The notes below the pieces were generated by a model. That model was not told the DNA's origin and searched no databases. It saw only the letters and a program-made list of their open reading frames with translations. 64,000 bases of DNA, taken from Deltaproteobacteria bacterium. GTDB lineage: Bacteria > Desulfobacterota > DSM-4660 > Desulfatiglandales > HGW-15. Shown here piece after piece: positions 18,391 to 27,012 of the stretch (its first letter is position 1; the number at the start of each line of letters is the position of its first letter). The translations under genes were made by a program, and so were the position numbers. The stretch is taken from the NCBI GenBank assembly GCA_016930795.1, contig JAFGFY010000093.1:6306-70305 (forward strand), in the 5' to 3' direction.

Positions 18391-20310
18391 ATGTGTGGCA
18401 TCTGCGGAAAACTGAATTTTAATGGTAAAAAGGTAAGTGAAGACCTCATCAGGAAGATGTGTCAGTCCTTTTCCTATCGCGGACCTGATGATGAAGGCGT
18501 TCACGTTTCTCATCCCATTGGGCTCGGACATCGAAGGCTCAGTATCATCGATCTTTCACCTGCCGGGCATCAACCCATGTGCAATGAAGACGGGAGCATA
18601 TGGCTTGTCTTCAATGGAGAAATATATGACTTCATTGATATAAGAGAAAGGCTGAAATCAAAGGGACACAGTCTAAAAAGCAGAACCGATACGGAAACAC
18701 TCATTCATCTCTATGAGGAAGAAGGCACGGATTGTCTCAAACACCTCAACGGCATGTTTGGATTCGCCCTTTGGGATGGCCGGAGACAAAGACTGTGGCT
18801 CGGAAGGGACCGTCTGGGCATCAAGCCTCTCAACTACTATTGGGATGGTCAACAACTGATCTTTGCCTCGGAAATCAAGGCTATTCTATGTGATCATGAT
18901 GTACCGAGGGCAATTGATCCGGAAGCCCTGGATCTCTACCTGACCCTAAACTACATCCCGCCTCCTTGGACCATCTTTAAGAACATTCGGAAGTTGATGC
19001 CGGGCAACTGGCTGATCGCAGAAAGGGGAGAAATCTCCGTTGAACCCTACTGGGATATTCCCAGCGGGACTGATCGTGAGGCGACGCACACCGCCCCTGA
19101 TGCACCCGCGGAAACCCTCAGCGAAATCAAACACCATCTTTACACCCTCATGGAAGACGCGGTTGTACGTCGTCTCATATCGGACGTTCCTTTCGGTGCT
19201 TTTCTCAGCGGCGGGATAGACTCAAGTCTCATTGTTGCCCTCATGTCCAGGAACTCCAATCGTCCCGTAAAGACATTCTCAATCGGATATGAAGACCTTC
19301 CTTCCTTTGATGAGACAAAATATGCTAGGGATGTCGCCGCGTTTCACGGGACCGAACACCAGGAGTTTAAGCTTGGACATAAGGATATCCTGGACGCCTT
19401 TCCCCTGGTCCTGGAATGCGTGGATGAGCCCTTTGCAGATTCTTCCGCTGTTCCCACCTACATTGTCTCCAGGGAGACGAAAAAACACGTGACCGTAGCC
19501 CTCTCCGGAGACGGCGGAGACGAGCTCTTTGCCGGATACAGGATGTATCAAGGGGAACGTTGGTCACATTATTTCAAGAAGATTCCCCGATTCATAAAAG
19601 ACGGGCTCATCGCCCCATTCATCAACGCGTTACCTGACGCGAGGGACAAACCAAGCCTGGAAAGAATTCGAAGGGCCAAGAAATTTGTCAAGGGGATGAG
19701 TCTCGATTTTCCCCAACGGTTTTCCCGATGGCGAGAGGTTTTTCCCTTTTCTCTGAGGCAGAGTTTGTTAATGAACCCCCCTGATGACGATTTGTATCTT
19801 GCCCTTATTCAAAAAATCGCAAGGAATGATGAAGATCGTTTTCCTAACGATCTTGTTAACTTAATGCTATATATGGATGTAAGAGGTTTACTTCATGGGG
19901 ATATGCTCACCAAGGTGGATCGGATGAGCATGGCCAATTCCCTCGAAGTACGGGTCCCTTTTTTGGATTACCCATTTGTCGAATACGTCTTTCAATTAAA
20001 GGGGAATCTGAAGTTGAAAGGGAAAACCGGAAAATATATCCTGGTAGAGACTTTCAAAGACCTCTTGCCTCCTTCTCTACATCATCGACCAAAGTGGGGT
20101 TTTGAGATGCCCATCGGGGCTTGGCTCAGGAATGAGTTGCGATTTCTCATTGACGAGTATCTGGTTAAGGATATCATCAAGAACCAAGGCCTCTTTGATT
20201 TTGAGGTTATTCAGGGATTGATCAACGATCACATGAATGGACGCCAAGACACCTCATGGCACCTCTGGAACCTGATCGTCTTTCAGTACTGGCATAAGAC
20301 ATATTTGTAG
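18391..20310 (+). CDS. asnB: Asparagine synthase (glutamine-hydrolysing)
   Basis: The start is set at MCGICG, since the Ntn Cys must follow the Met. PP-loop FLSGGIDSS. About 639 aa. Confidence 0.93.
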   Translation: MCGICGKLNFNGKKVSEDLIRKMCQSFSYRGPDDEGVHVSHPIGLGHRRLSIIDLSPAGHQPMCNEDGSIWLVFNGEIYDFIDIRERLKSKGHSLKSRTDTETLIHLYEEEGTDCLKHLNGMFGFALWDGRRQRLWLGRDRLGIKPLNYYWDGQQLIFASEIKAILCDHDVPRAIDPEALDLYLTLNYIPPPWTIFKNIRKLMPGNWLIAERGEISVEPYWDIPSGTDREATHTAPDAPAETLSEIKHHLYTLMEDAVVRRLISDVPFGAFLSGGIDSSLIVALMSRNSNRPVKTFSIGYEDLPSFDETKYARDVAAFHGTEHQEFKLGHKDILDAFPLVLECVDEPFADSSAVPTYIVSRETKKHVTVALSGDGGDELFAGYRMYQGERWSHYFKKIPRFIKDGLIAPFINALPDARDKPSLERIRRAKKFVKGMSLDFPQRFSRWREVFPFSLRQSLLMNPPDDDLYLALIQKIARNDEDRFPNDLVNLMLYMDVRGLLHGDMLTKVDRMSMANSLEVRVPFLDYPFVEYVFQLKGNLKLKGKTGKYILVETFKDLLPPSLHHRPKWGFEMPIGAWLRNELRFLIDEYLVKDIIKNQGLFDFEVIQGLINDHMNGRQDTSWHLWNLIVFQYWHKTYL

Positions 20311-20496
20311 ATTGACCATTGGAGACCTTTGAAAAACGCCCCCTTTTGCCCAATTTTGTCGTCAGGCTCAAATTCTCATCCTCGAAATACTCCAGGTATT
20401 CCTGGCTGTCCCGATTAAAATCGGGAGGGTTAGAATTTTCGCCTTCCTTGACCTTGAACAAAATTGAGCATTATTCAAAGGTCTCCATTGATCAAT
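20311..20496. repeat. MITE-like unit: 23-bp terminal inverted repeats flanking 140 bp
   Basis: Left arm ATTGACCATTGGAGACCTTTGAA (20311-20333). The reverse complement of the right arm (20474-20496) is ATTGATCAATGGAGACCTTTGAA, a 21/23 match. There is an internal hairpin TCCCGATTAAAATCGGGA. The unit fills the asnB-aminopeptidase spacer. Confidence 0.6.
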
Positions 20497-20511
20497 AATC
20501 TTTTTACACCC

Positions 20512-21615
20512 ATGACTAAAAGCAAATATTCTAGAAAGGTGGTGAAATCTTTTATTCGGTTCCATTTCATCTTACCTTTTATCCTCTCAACACTCTTTTT
20601 GTCGACCACGGGCTGCAGCCCAACCTATGTTTATCACGCCGCAAAAGGACAATATCAACTGCTTCATGACTCCATCCCGGTGGAAGAGGCCCTTGCGGGA
20701 GAGACCCTTGGCACCGAAGAGGATGAACGGCTTCGACTCGTGGCCCTGGTTAAGGCATTCGGAGAGGAAGAACTGGGACTCAAAAAGACCGAAAACTATC
20801 AAACCGTCTACCTTGAGTCGAATCGGGCGCCCATGTATGTATTGACGGCTTCTCCCAAGGACCGTCTCAGACAAATGACATGGTGGTTTCCCATTGTCGG
20901 AAAGCTTCACTATCTGCCTTTTTTTGATCTGGAAGAAGCAAAGAAGAAAAAAGAGAACCTGCTTCACAAGGACCTTGATGTGTTTCTGGGGGTCGCCGAT
21001 GCGTACAGCACGCTCGGTTGGTTCAACGATCCTGTGACCATGAACCTTCTTGAGGGATCTACCCTGGATCTCGTGGAGACGATTCTGCACGAAATGACCC
21101 ACACGACCCTTTATCTCAAGGGAGAGGGTGAGTTCAATGAAGGCTTGGCCGTATTGGTGGGAAAAGCTGGGGCGGTTGATTTTTTCGAAAGCAAATACGG
21201 CCCATGTGACCCCTTAACCATTGAGGCAAAGAAAAGTATAGCTGACGAGCGCGTATTCTCTTCTTACTTGGATTCTCTTCTCAATGAACTGGAACAACTC
21301 TACAATTCCCCTATAAGCTTTCAGGAGAAACTGATTCAAAGGGAGAAGGTCTTTGCGTCATTTCTTGACCGTTTTGTTGAGGTTAAGGCGCAATTGCAGA
21401 CAGATTATTTCATCCACTTTGGAATGGGCGGACTAAACAATGCCTATCTCATGGCCATCGGTCTTTACCACCGGAATTTTGCCCTTTTTGATGCGCTAGT
21501 AAAGGAAAAGAACAACTCGGTGATAGAAACCATTGCATACCTGCGGGATATCTCTAAAAAAGAGGAACTTGTGTTGGAATGGTTGAAGAATCATGTCAAG
21601 GAGACTTCTCCTTAA
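20512..21615 (+). CDS. Putative zinc aminopeptidase lipoprotein (Aminopep/PF10023-like)
   Basis: Lipobox LSTTGCSP and HExxH in ETILHEMTHTTLY, followed by NEGLAVLVG. The start is set at ATG 20512 (MTKSKY). Confidence 0.8.
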   Translation: MTKSKYSRKVVKSFIRFHFILPFILSTLFLSTTGCSPTYVYHAAKGQYQLLHDSIPVEEALAGETLGTEEDERLRLVALVKAFGEEELGLKKTENYQTVYLESNRAPMYVLTASPKDRLRQMTWWFPIVGKLHYLPFFDLEEAKKKKENLLHKDLDVFLGVADAYSTLGWFNDPVTMNLLEGSTLDLVETILHEMTHTTLYLKGEGEFNEGLAVLVGKAGAVDFFESKYGPCDPLTIEAKKSIADERVFSSYLDSLLNELEQLYNSPISFQEKLIQREKVFASFLDRFVEVKAQLQTDYFIHFGMGGLNNAYLMAIGLYHRNFALFDALVKEKNNSVIETIAYLRDISKKEELVLEWLKNHVKETSP

Positions 21616-21664
21616 CACTGCAAAAAGGCGAAAAAGTTAAAACCAAGGCCTTCAACCCGAACGA

Positions 21665-24600
21665 ATGAAAAAAATGAAACTCAGAAAGAAATTCTTCATT
21701 ATCCTTGCCGTCTTTCTCCTCCTCATTGTGACGTCTATTGCTGGAACACTCTTTTATTATTACACACACCCTGATTCAATAAAACAACTCATAACGAGAA
21801 TTGTTTCCCAATCCACGGGTATGGCGTGTACATTTGAGAATCTCTCCTATTCCCTCAACCCGCTGACGGTCAAAGCCGACGGAATCAATCTTCGGCCATT
21901 TGATGATCAGAATGGTCTTTATTTGAGGATCTCCGATTTGGCGGCAGACATGGTCACGGAAGGCCGGTTAGGACGCAGGACCCTCATTATCCGGGAGATC
22001 AGGATTCATAAACTCCGGTTGAATATTCCATCACAATATGTGATGCCGGAGTACACGACAGGACATGAGTCTCCTTCTTTCTTTTCGCGAATACTAAGGG
22101 GAGCTTTCACATGGTTTATCTTCAGGGATATTAGGCTCGAAGAAGCAGCGATTTCAGATGGACAAATCACATCCCTATTCGAAAAGCGGAGGATGGAGAT
22201 CAAAGGGATTCACGCAAAGATGAATCCTGATCACCGTATAGAAATCTCCTGCAATCTGGTCTTGGAATACCCTTCACAAGGCCTTTTATTCAAGGCTCCC
22301 GAGATTCATGTGATCACGCAAGATGCCATCTCGCTGGATGCTACACAGATAGCGGGATTTCTGGAGGCAACCGACGCCACATTTCAGGGTCCGGGAGTTG
22401 ATATCAATAAAATTGAAACCAAAGGCACTATCCGGTATTCCAGGGAGAAGAAAAAACTGGACCTTGAAGCTATTGAGTTCCAATTCGATGCCATACACCT
22501 TAAACAAGACTACGACACGCTGTGGCCGCCTTTTTCTATGAAGGCCCAACTGTGGGGTTCCCTTAATATCGAGAGCCAATTGCTCAATGTCATCGAGTTT
22601 GACTTGAACGCCGATGATGCCCTTCAGTTGAAAGGAAAAATGGACATACGGATCGGGACTCAAACCGATATTCGATTGGATATTCTGAAAGGGTATCTCT
22701 TTTCTGACAGGTTCTTGGCCCTCCTACCGGACGATGCGATGAAAGGGGTGACAGTCAATTTGTCAGGGCCTATCTCCTTTCAAGGAGAAATGAGTGGCCG
22801 AAACATAGGGGAAGGCTGGAATTTCCATATCGACCTTTACGCCGGCCTCGATGCGAATGGGGTTTCTTACAGGAGGGACCAAACCGTGTTCGAAGGCGAG
22901 CTCTCCGGAAACTTGCGTGTATCAGGCGAGCTTCCAAAGCTCTCTCTTTCCGCCGGTTTGAAGAGCGAACAGATCAGAATGGACTTTGGTACCAGAGACT
23001 TTCTTATAAAGAAGGTTTATATTGAGGTCACAGAAGGTGAAATGGGCATAAAACCCATATCCCTTCTCCTCTCTGATATCCATCTCGAAACCTCCTTCTT
23101 AAGAAACATACACGCATCCCTGGTTTTTGAGCAAGGGCTGCTCAACCTGAAGTTCCATGGACAAGACGTCCGTCTCATTGAGTCCGTGCAAATGCTCGGG
23201 ATGATGCCTCCTGAATGGCGATTTGAAGGTCTCAGTGATCTTGAACTGGATTCTGTACAAAATAAGGAAAAGGCATGGACTTTGAATCTTCAAATCGGCC
23301 TTCGCCATCTGGCCTTTGAAAACACCCATGCCGGTTATTTCGGGGAAGCCCTCTCTCTAATCTTGGAGATGAACGGGGAACTGGCCCCCAATCGATCTAC
23401 TATGGCCTTCCGGACAGCTCTGACCGCGGATGAAGGTGAGTTTCTCCTTGATCGCTTCTATTTGAACCTGAATAATAATAGATTTTCTTCTTTGCTTAAG
23501 GGTAAATACGACATTCCAAATAAAAGAATTCATGTATCCTCACAAGAGATTCAATTGAGAGATATTCTGAATGTTACCTTAGAGGGCACGCTTCATCTTG
23601 AATCTGGGAACCCATATGCTGATTTCTCGATTAAAATACCCAAGACCCCCATGAAACCCCTCTTTGATCATTTTGTCCTGGAACCGTTTCGTATGGAAAA
23701 ACCCTTTTTCGCATCGTTCGATTTGGCAGGTGATATTTCCGCGGATTTGAGTTTCACAGGTTCGACCTCAGAGTGGGCGATCAAAGGATATGGTTGGTGG
23801 GATGAGGGTCGACTCAATTCGTTCGATATGGCCTTTGACTTCGCAGGAATCAATCTTGATCTGCCTATATGGATACAAACCCAAAACAGTGTACAGCAAC
23901 AGGAACCTGTTCGAGGGAAGTTATTCATTCAGAATTTGAAAATGCCCATTATTGACACCCAACCCCTCAGACTCCCTTTGAAGATGGATCCCAATCGGCT
24001 TTCGGTTGACGAACCTACAGTGTTGATGGTTTCGGGTGGGGTCGTGGAAGTCGGTCCCATCTTTTGTGAAAATATCATCTCTTCGAATCGATCCATTAGA
24101 ACCAGCCTGCGACTTGATGGAATCGACAGCGGCTCCTTATTCTCTCAACTCCTGCCCATGCCGGTGCACGGAACTATAGAGGGTGAGCTGGATACCGTAC
24201 GATTTGAGGAGAATACGCTCCACAGCTCCGGTCAAATCCGTGCTCAAGCCTTTGAGGGTGAAATCCTCCTATCCAACCCGGGCCTATCCGGCCTTTTTTC
24301 GTCATTTCCCCTGTATAAAGCCAATATCAGCATCAAAGACATAAACCTCTACGAACTGACTAAAGGGACTTCATTTGGAGAAATAGAGGGAATATTGCAG
24401 GGGCACATTCGTGACCTCGAAATCGCCGACGGACAGGCACAGAAATTTGACCTTTTACTGGAAAGCGTGAAAACCGAAGGAATCAATCAGAAAATAAGCG
24501 TTCAAGCAATGGATAATTTGGCCAGAATCGGGGGTGGAGGGAGTCCTTTTATGGGGATTTCAGGGGCCTTCATTACCTTATTTGAGAGACTTCCCTATAG

Positions 24601-24811
24601 CAAAATTGGAATTCGAGCATCCCTAGCCAATGATTCCTTCAGAATAAATGGCTCGGATTGGAAAGGTGGACCGGATTATCTTGTGAAAAGTGGTGGCATT
24701 CCAAAAGTAGATGTAGTAAATCATAATCCAGACACGCCAATCAGTTTCAAGGCCATGGTCAAAAGAATGAAGTGGATCCTGGAATCAAAAAACGGCCCTG
24801 TGATAGAATGA
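21665..24811 (+). CDS. YdbH-like AsmA-family intermembrane lipid-transport protein, 1048 aa
   Basis: N-terminal TM anchor and a long beta-rich body. The C-terminal region (…SVQAMDNLARIGGGGSPF…GIRASLANDSFRING…) resembles YdbH. It is followed by a YnbE/YdbL-like gene, as in the E. coli ydbH-ynbE-ydbL operon. Confidence 0.75.
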   Translation: MKKMKLRKKFFIILAVFLLLIVTSIAGTLFYYYTHPDSIKQLITRIVSQSTGMACTFENLSYSLNPLTVKADGINLRPFDDQNGLYLRISDLAADMVTEGRLGRRTLIIREIRIHKLRLNIPSQYVMPEYTTGHESPSFFSRILRGAFTWFIFRDIRLEEAAISDGQITSLFEKRRMEIKGIHAKMNPDHRIEISCNLVLEYPSQGLLFKAPEIHVITQDAISLDATQIAGFLEATDATFQGPGVDINKIETKGTIRYSREKKKLDLEAIEFQFDAIHLKQDYDTLWPPFSMKAQLWGSLNIESQLLNVIEFDLNADDALQLKGKMDIRIGTQTDIRLDILKGYLFSDRFLALLPDDAMKGVTVNLSGPISFQGEMSGRNIGEGWNFHIDLYAGLDANGVSYRRDQTVFEGELSGNLRVSGELPKLSLSAGLKSEQIRMDFGTRDFLIKKVYIEVTEGEMGIKPISLLLSDIHLETSFLRNIHASLVFEQGLLNLKFHGQDVRLIESVQMLGMMPPEWRFEGLSDLELDSVQNKEKAWTLNLQIGLRHLAFENTHAGYFGEALSLILEMNGELAPNRSTMAFRTALTADEGEFLLDRFYLNLNNNRFSSLLKGKYDIPNKRIHVSSQEIQLRDILNVTLEGTLHLESGNPYADFSIKIPKTPMKPLFDHFVLEPFRMEKPFFASFDLAGDISADLSFTGSTSEWAIKGYGWWDEGRLNSFDMAFDFAGINLDLPIWIQTQNSVQQQEPVRGKLFIQNLKMPIIDTQPLRLPLKMDPNRLSVDEPTVLMVSGGVVEVGPIFCENIISSNRSIRTSLRLDGIDSGSLFSQLLPMPVHGTIEGELDTVRFEENTLHSSGQIRAQAFEGEILLSNPGLSGLFSSFPLYKANISIKDINLYELTKGTSFGEIEGILQGHIRDLEIADGQAQKFDLLLESVKTEGINQKISVQAMDNLARIGGGGSPFMGISGAFITLFERLPYSKIGIRASLANDSFRINGSDWKGGPDYLVKSGGIPKVDVVNHNPDTPISFKAMVKRMKWILESKNGPVIE

Positions 24812-24850
24812 CAAGTAACAACCCGTTATCACAACCTTAAGGAGAGAGAT

Positions 24851-25399
24851 ATGAAAAAGAATCAAAAATTTCTCTGGTCGACCATATTGTGTATGATGGT
24901 TTTTATTTTAGCCTGTGTGACCGTTAATATCTACTTCCCTGCCGAGCAGGTGGAAACCATGGCCGGTGAGATCGTTGATGAGATCAGGGGGCAAGAAGGG
25001 GCTGAAAAACAATCCTTTCTGATAAATAAGAAAGTATGCTTTGTGCAAAGCGCCCTTCAGTGCCTGTCTCCTTCCAATGCCTGGGCTCAGGACGCGACAA
25101 CCGTCTCAAACGCCACCATTCGCGGCCTCAAAGAAAAAATGAAAGCACGCTACGCCCAGCTCAAGCCTTTTTATCAAAATGGCATGCTTCAGGAGGGTGA
25201 CGACGGGTACATATCCATTGCAGGCGCTGATGAGTTGGGGCTCAAAGAAAAGAGGGATCTCAACGCCCTTGTGGATGCAGAGAATAAGGATCGAGGAGCA
25301 CTGTACGCCGAGGTCGCAAGAGCCTTGGTTATAGATTCAAGTCAAATTAATAAGGTCGCGGAGATTTTTGCCAGAGAATGGCAGAAACCAATCCGCTAA
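24851..25399 (+). CDS. Fused YnbE-like lipoprotein + YdbL (DUF1318)-like protein, 182 aa
   Basis: Lipobox FILAC, then VTVNIYFPAEQVE (YnbE-like). An internal signal-peptide-like NKKVCFVQSALQCLSPSNAWA/QD follows, and then the DUF1318 pattern GDDGYISI...LVDAENKDRGALYAEVA. Confidence 0.75.
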   Translation: MKKNQKFLWSTILCMMVFILACVTVNIYFPAEQVETMAGEIVDEIRGQEGAEKQSFLINKKVCFVQSALQCLSPSNAWAQDATTVSNATIRGLKEKMKARYAQLKPFYQNGMLQEGDDGYISIAGADELGLKEKRDLNALVDAENKDRGALYAEVARALVIDSSQINKVAEIFAREWQKPIR

Positions 25400-25442
25400 T
25401 TCGTTCACCACAAAAAAATTCTGAGACACCAAAGGGAGTCCA

Positions 25443-26036
25443 TTGCCTAAAAAGAGAACACGAACAAAAGGAGAAGCCCTCCTCGGCTTCCTTATCCTGG
25501 CCATACTGGTCCTTATTGGTGTAATGGTCTTCCTTCAGCAGTTCCAATTCAATCCTGCCGTTACAGCACATCGCATTTTAGAGGGAGGCATGGAGCAATT
25601 CTCCTCTGATCTACCCTCAACTTTGGTTCCTTTACCCGACAATTTCACTGGGATGACTCCTCTTGAAAGTTTCACCCCTGAAACACTGTATGAAAAGATC
25701 AATGGACAAGCCGATTTCTACCTCGCATCCGGCTTTCTAGGGTTGAAGAGTCAACGATATGTTCATACAGATAATCAAGACATGTGGTTCGAAGTCTTCA
25801 AGTATGACATGGGCACCAAAGAGAATGCCTTCGCGGTGTATAGTCAGCAATACCGTGAGGACGGGCTTCCATTGCAATGGGCGGAGTTTGCCTATTATGC
25901 GGCCAATGCGCTTTTCTTTGTACATGGGCAAGATTATATGGAAATGAGGGCTTCCAGCACGTCTGATGACCTGGTGGCAGCTATGCACGAGGTGGCAAAG
26001 AAATATGTTGCATCTCATCAAAATCCAAAACTCTGA
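25443..26036 (+). CDS. Membrane-anchored extracytoplasmic protein of unknown function, 197 aa
   Basis: TTG start after AAGGGAG. Single N-terminal TM segment LLGFLILAILVLIGVMVFL. Its end overlaps the next gene. Confidence 0.7.
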   Translation: MPKKRTRTKGEALLGFLILAILVLIGVMVFLQQFQFNPAVTAHRILEGGMEQFSSDLPSTLVPLPDNFTGMTPLESFTPETLYEKINGQADFYLASGFLGLKSQRYVHTDNQDMWFEVFKYDMGTKENAFAVYSQQYREDGLPLQWAEFAYYAANALFFVHGQDYMEMRASSTSDDLVAAMHEVAKKYVASHQNPKL

Positions 26037-27009
26037 TTCAGTTGGAAGGCGAGAATTCCTCACCCGTTGCACCAAGGCCGGGCTTTCCCTTACAACGGCA
26101 TGCGCTTTAGCCTATTGGTTCTATGATCCTATGGCCCCTTCCGGTCGCCAGAAAGTGGATGTATTGCCTGGCCTACCCGATTATTCCGTTCCGGAAATGG
26201 GAAATAGAATGGCCATCGTCAGAGGCACAGACCGAGCGAAAACAATACGACTTGCCCTTGAAGCCATCGGGGGCTTGGAGAGATATATCAGGCCCCGTGA
26301 TCGGGTATTATTGAAGGTCAACGCCGCCTTTGCTTCACCCCCGATGCTATGCGCTACAAGCCATCCCGACCTTGTGACAGAAATAGCCCGATTGTGCCTT
26401 AAGGTCGGTGCTTCTTCGGTCATTGTCGCCGACAATCCCATCAATGATCCGGCCAGTTGTTTTGCCCTCTCTGGAATTGAAAAGGCCGCGCGGGAGGCCG
26501 GAGCCAAGGTCGTGCTTCCCCGTAGAGACTCTTTTCGGTATTTTACGCTTGAGGGGGGGCTATTAATCCGTGAATGGCCTCTCCTATATGCGCCTCTGCA
26601 ATCGGTAGACAAAGTCATTGGCATGGCCCCTCTCAAAGATCATCACCGAAGTGGAGCCTCCATGACATTGAAAAACTGGTATGGGCTTTTAGGGGGGCGA
26701 CGGAATATATTTCATCAAGATATTCATAATATTATTAAAGAATTATCTATGTTGCTTAAAGCTACTTTTGTTGTTTTGGATGGAACGGCGACCATGATGC
26801 GCAATGGTCCTACCGGCGGATCATTATCAGATCTCAAGGAGACAGGAACCATGATCGTCAGCACTGATCCGGTTGCTGCGGATGCCTATGGCGCCTCTCT
26901 ACTCGAGCGGACCTTAGATGAATTGCCGTTTATCAAGAAGGCCGAGGCAGAAGGCGTCGGAATGTCTGATTATGCCTCACTGAACCCGAAAATCCTAACG
27001 ACAGACTAA
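26005..27009 (+). CDS. Tat-exported DUF362-domain protein
   Basis: Twin-arginine leader SVGRREFLTRCTKAGLSLTTACALA. The body (RDRVLLKVNAAFASPP...SSVIVADNP) fits my memory of the DUF362 pattern. Confidence 0.85.
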   Translation: MLHLIKIQNSDSVGRREFLTRCTKAGLSLTTACALAYWFYDPMAPSGRQKVDVLPGLPDYSVPEMGNRMAIVRGTDRAKTIRLALEAIGGLERYIRPRDRVLLKVNAAFASPPMLCATSHPDLVTEIARLCLKVGASSVIVADNPINDPASCFALSGIEKAAREAGAKVVLPRRDSFRYFTLEGGLLIREWPLLYAPLQSVDKVIGMAPLKDHHRSGASMTLKNWYGLLGGRRNIFHQDIHNIIKELSMLLKATFVVLDGTATMMRNGPTGGSLSDLKETGTMIVSTDPVAADAYGASLLERTLDELPFIKKAEAEGVGMSDYASLNPKILTTD

Positions 27010-27012
27010 CAC

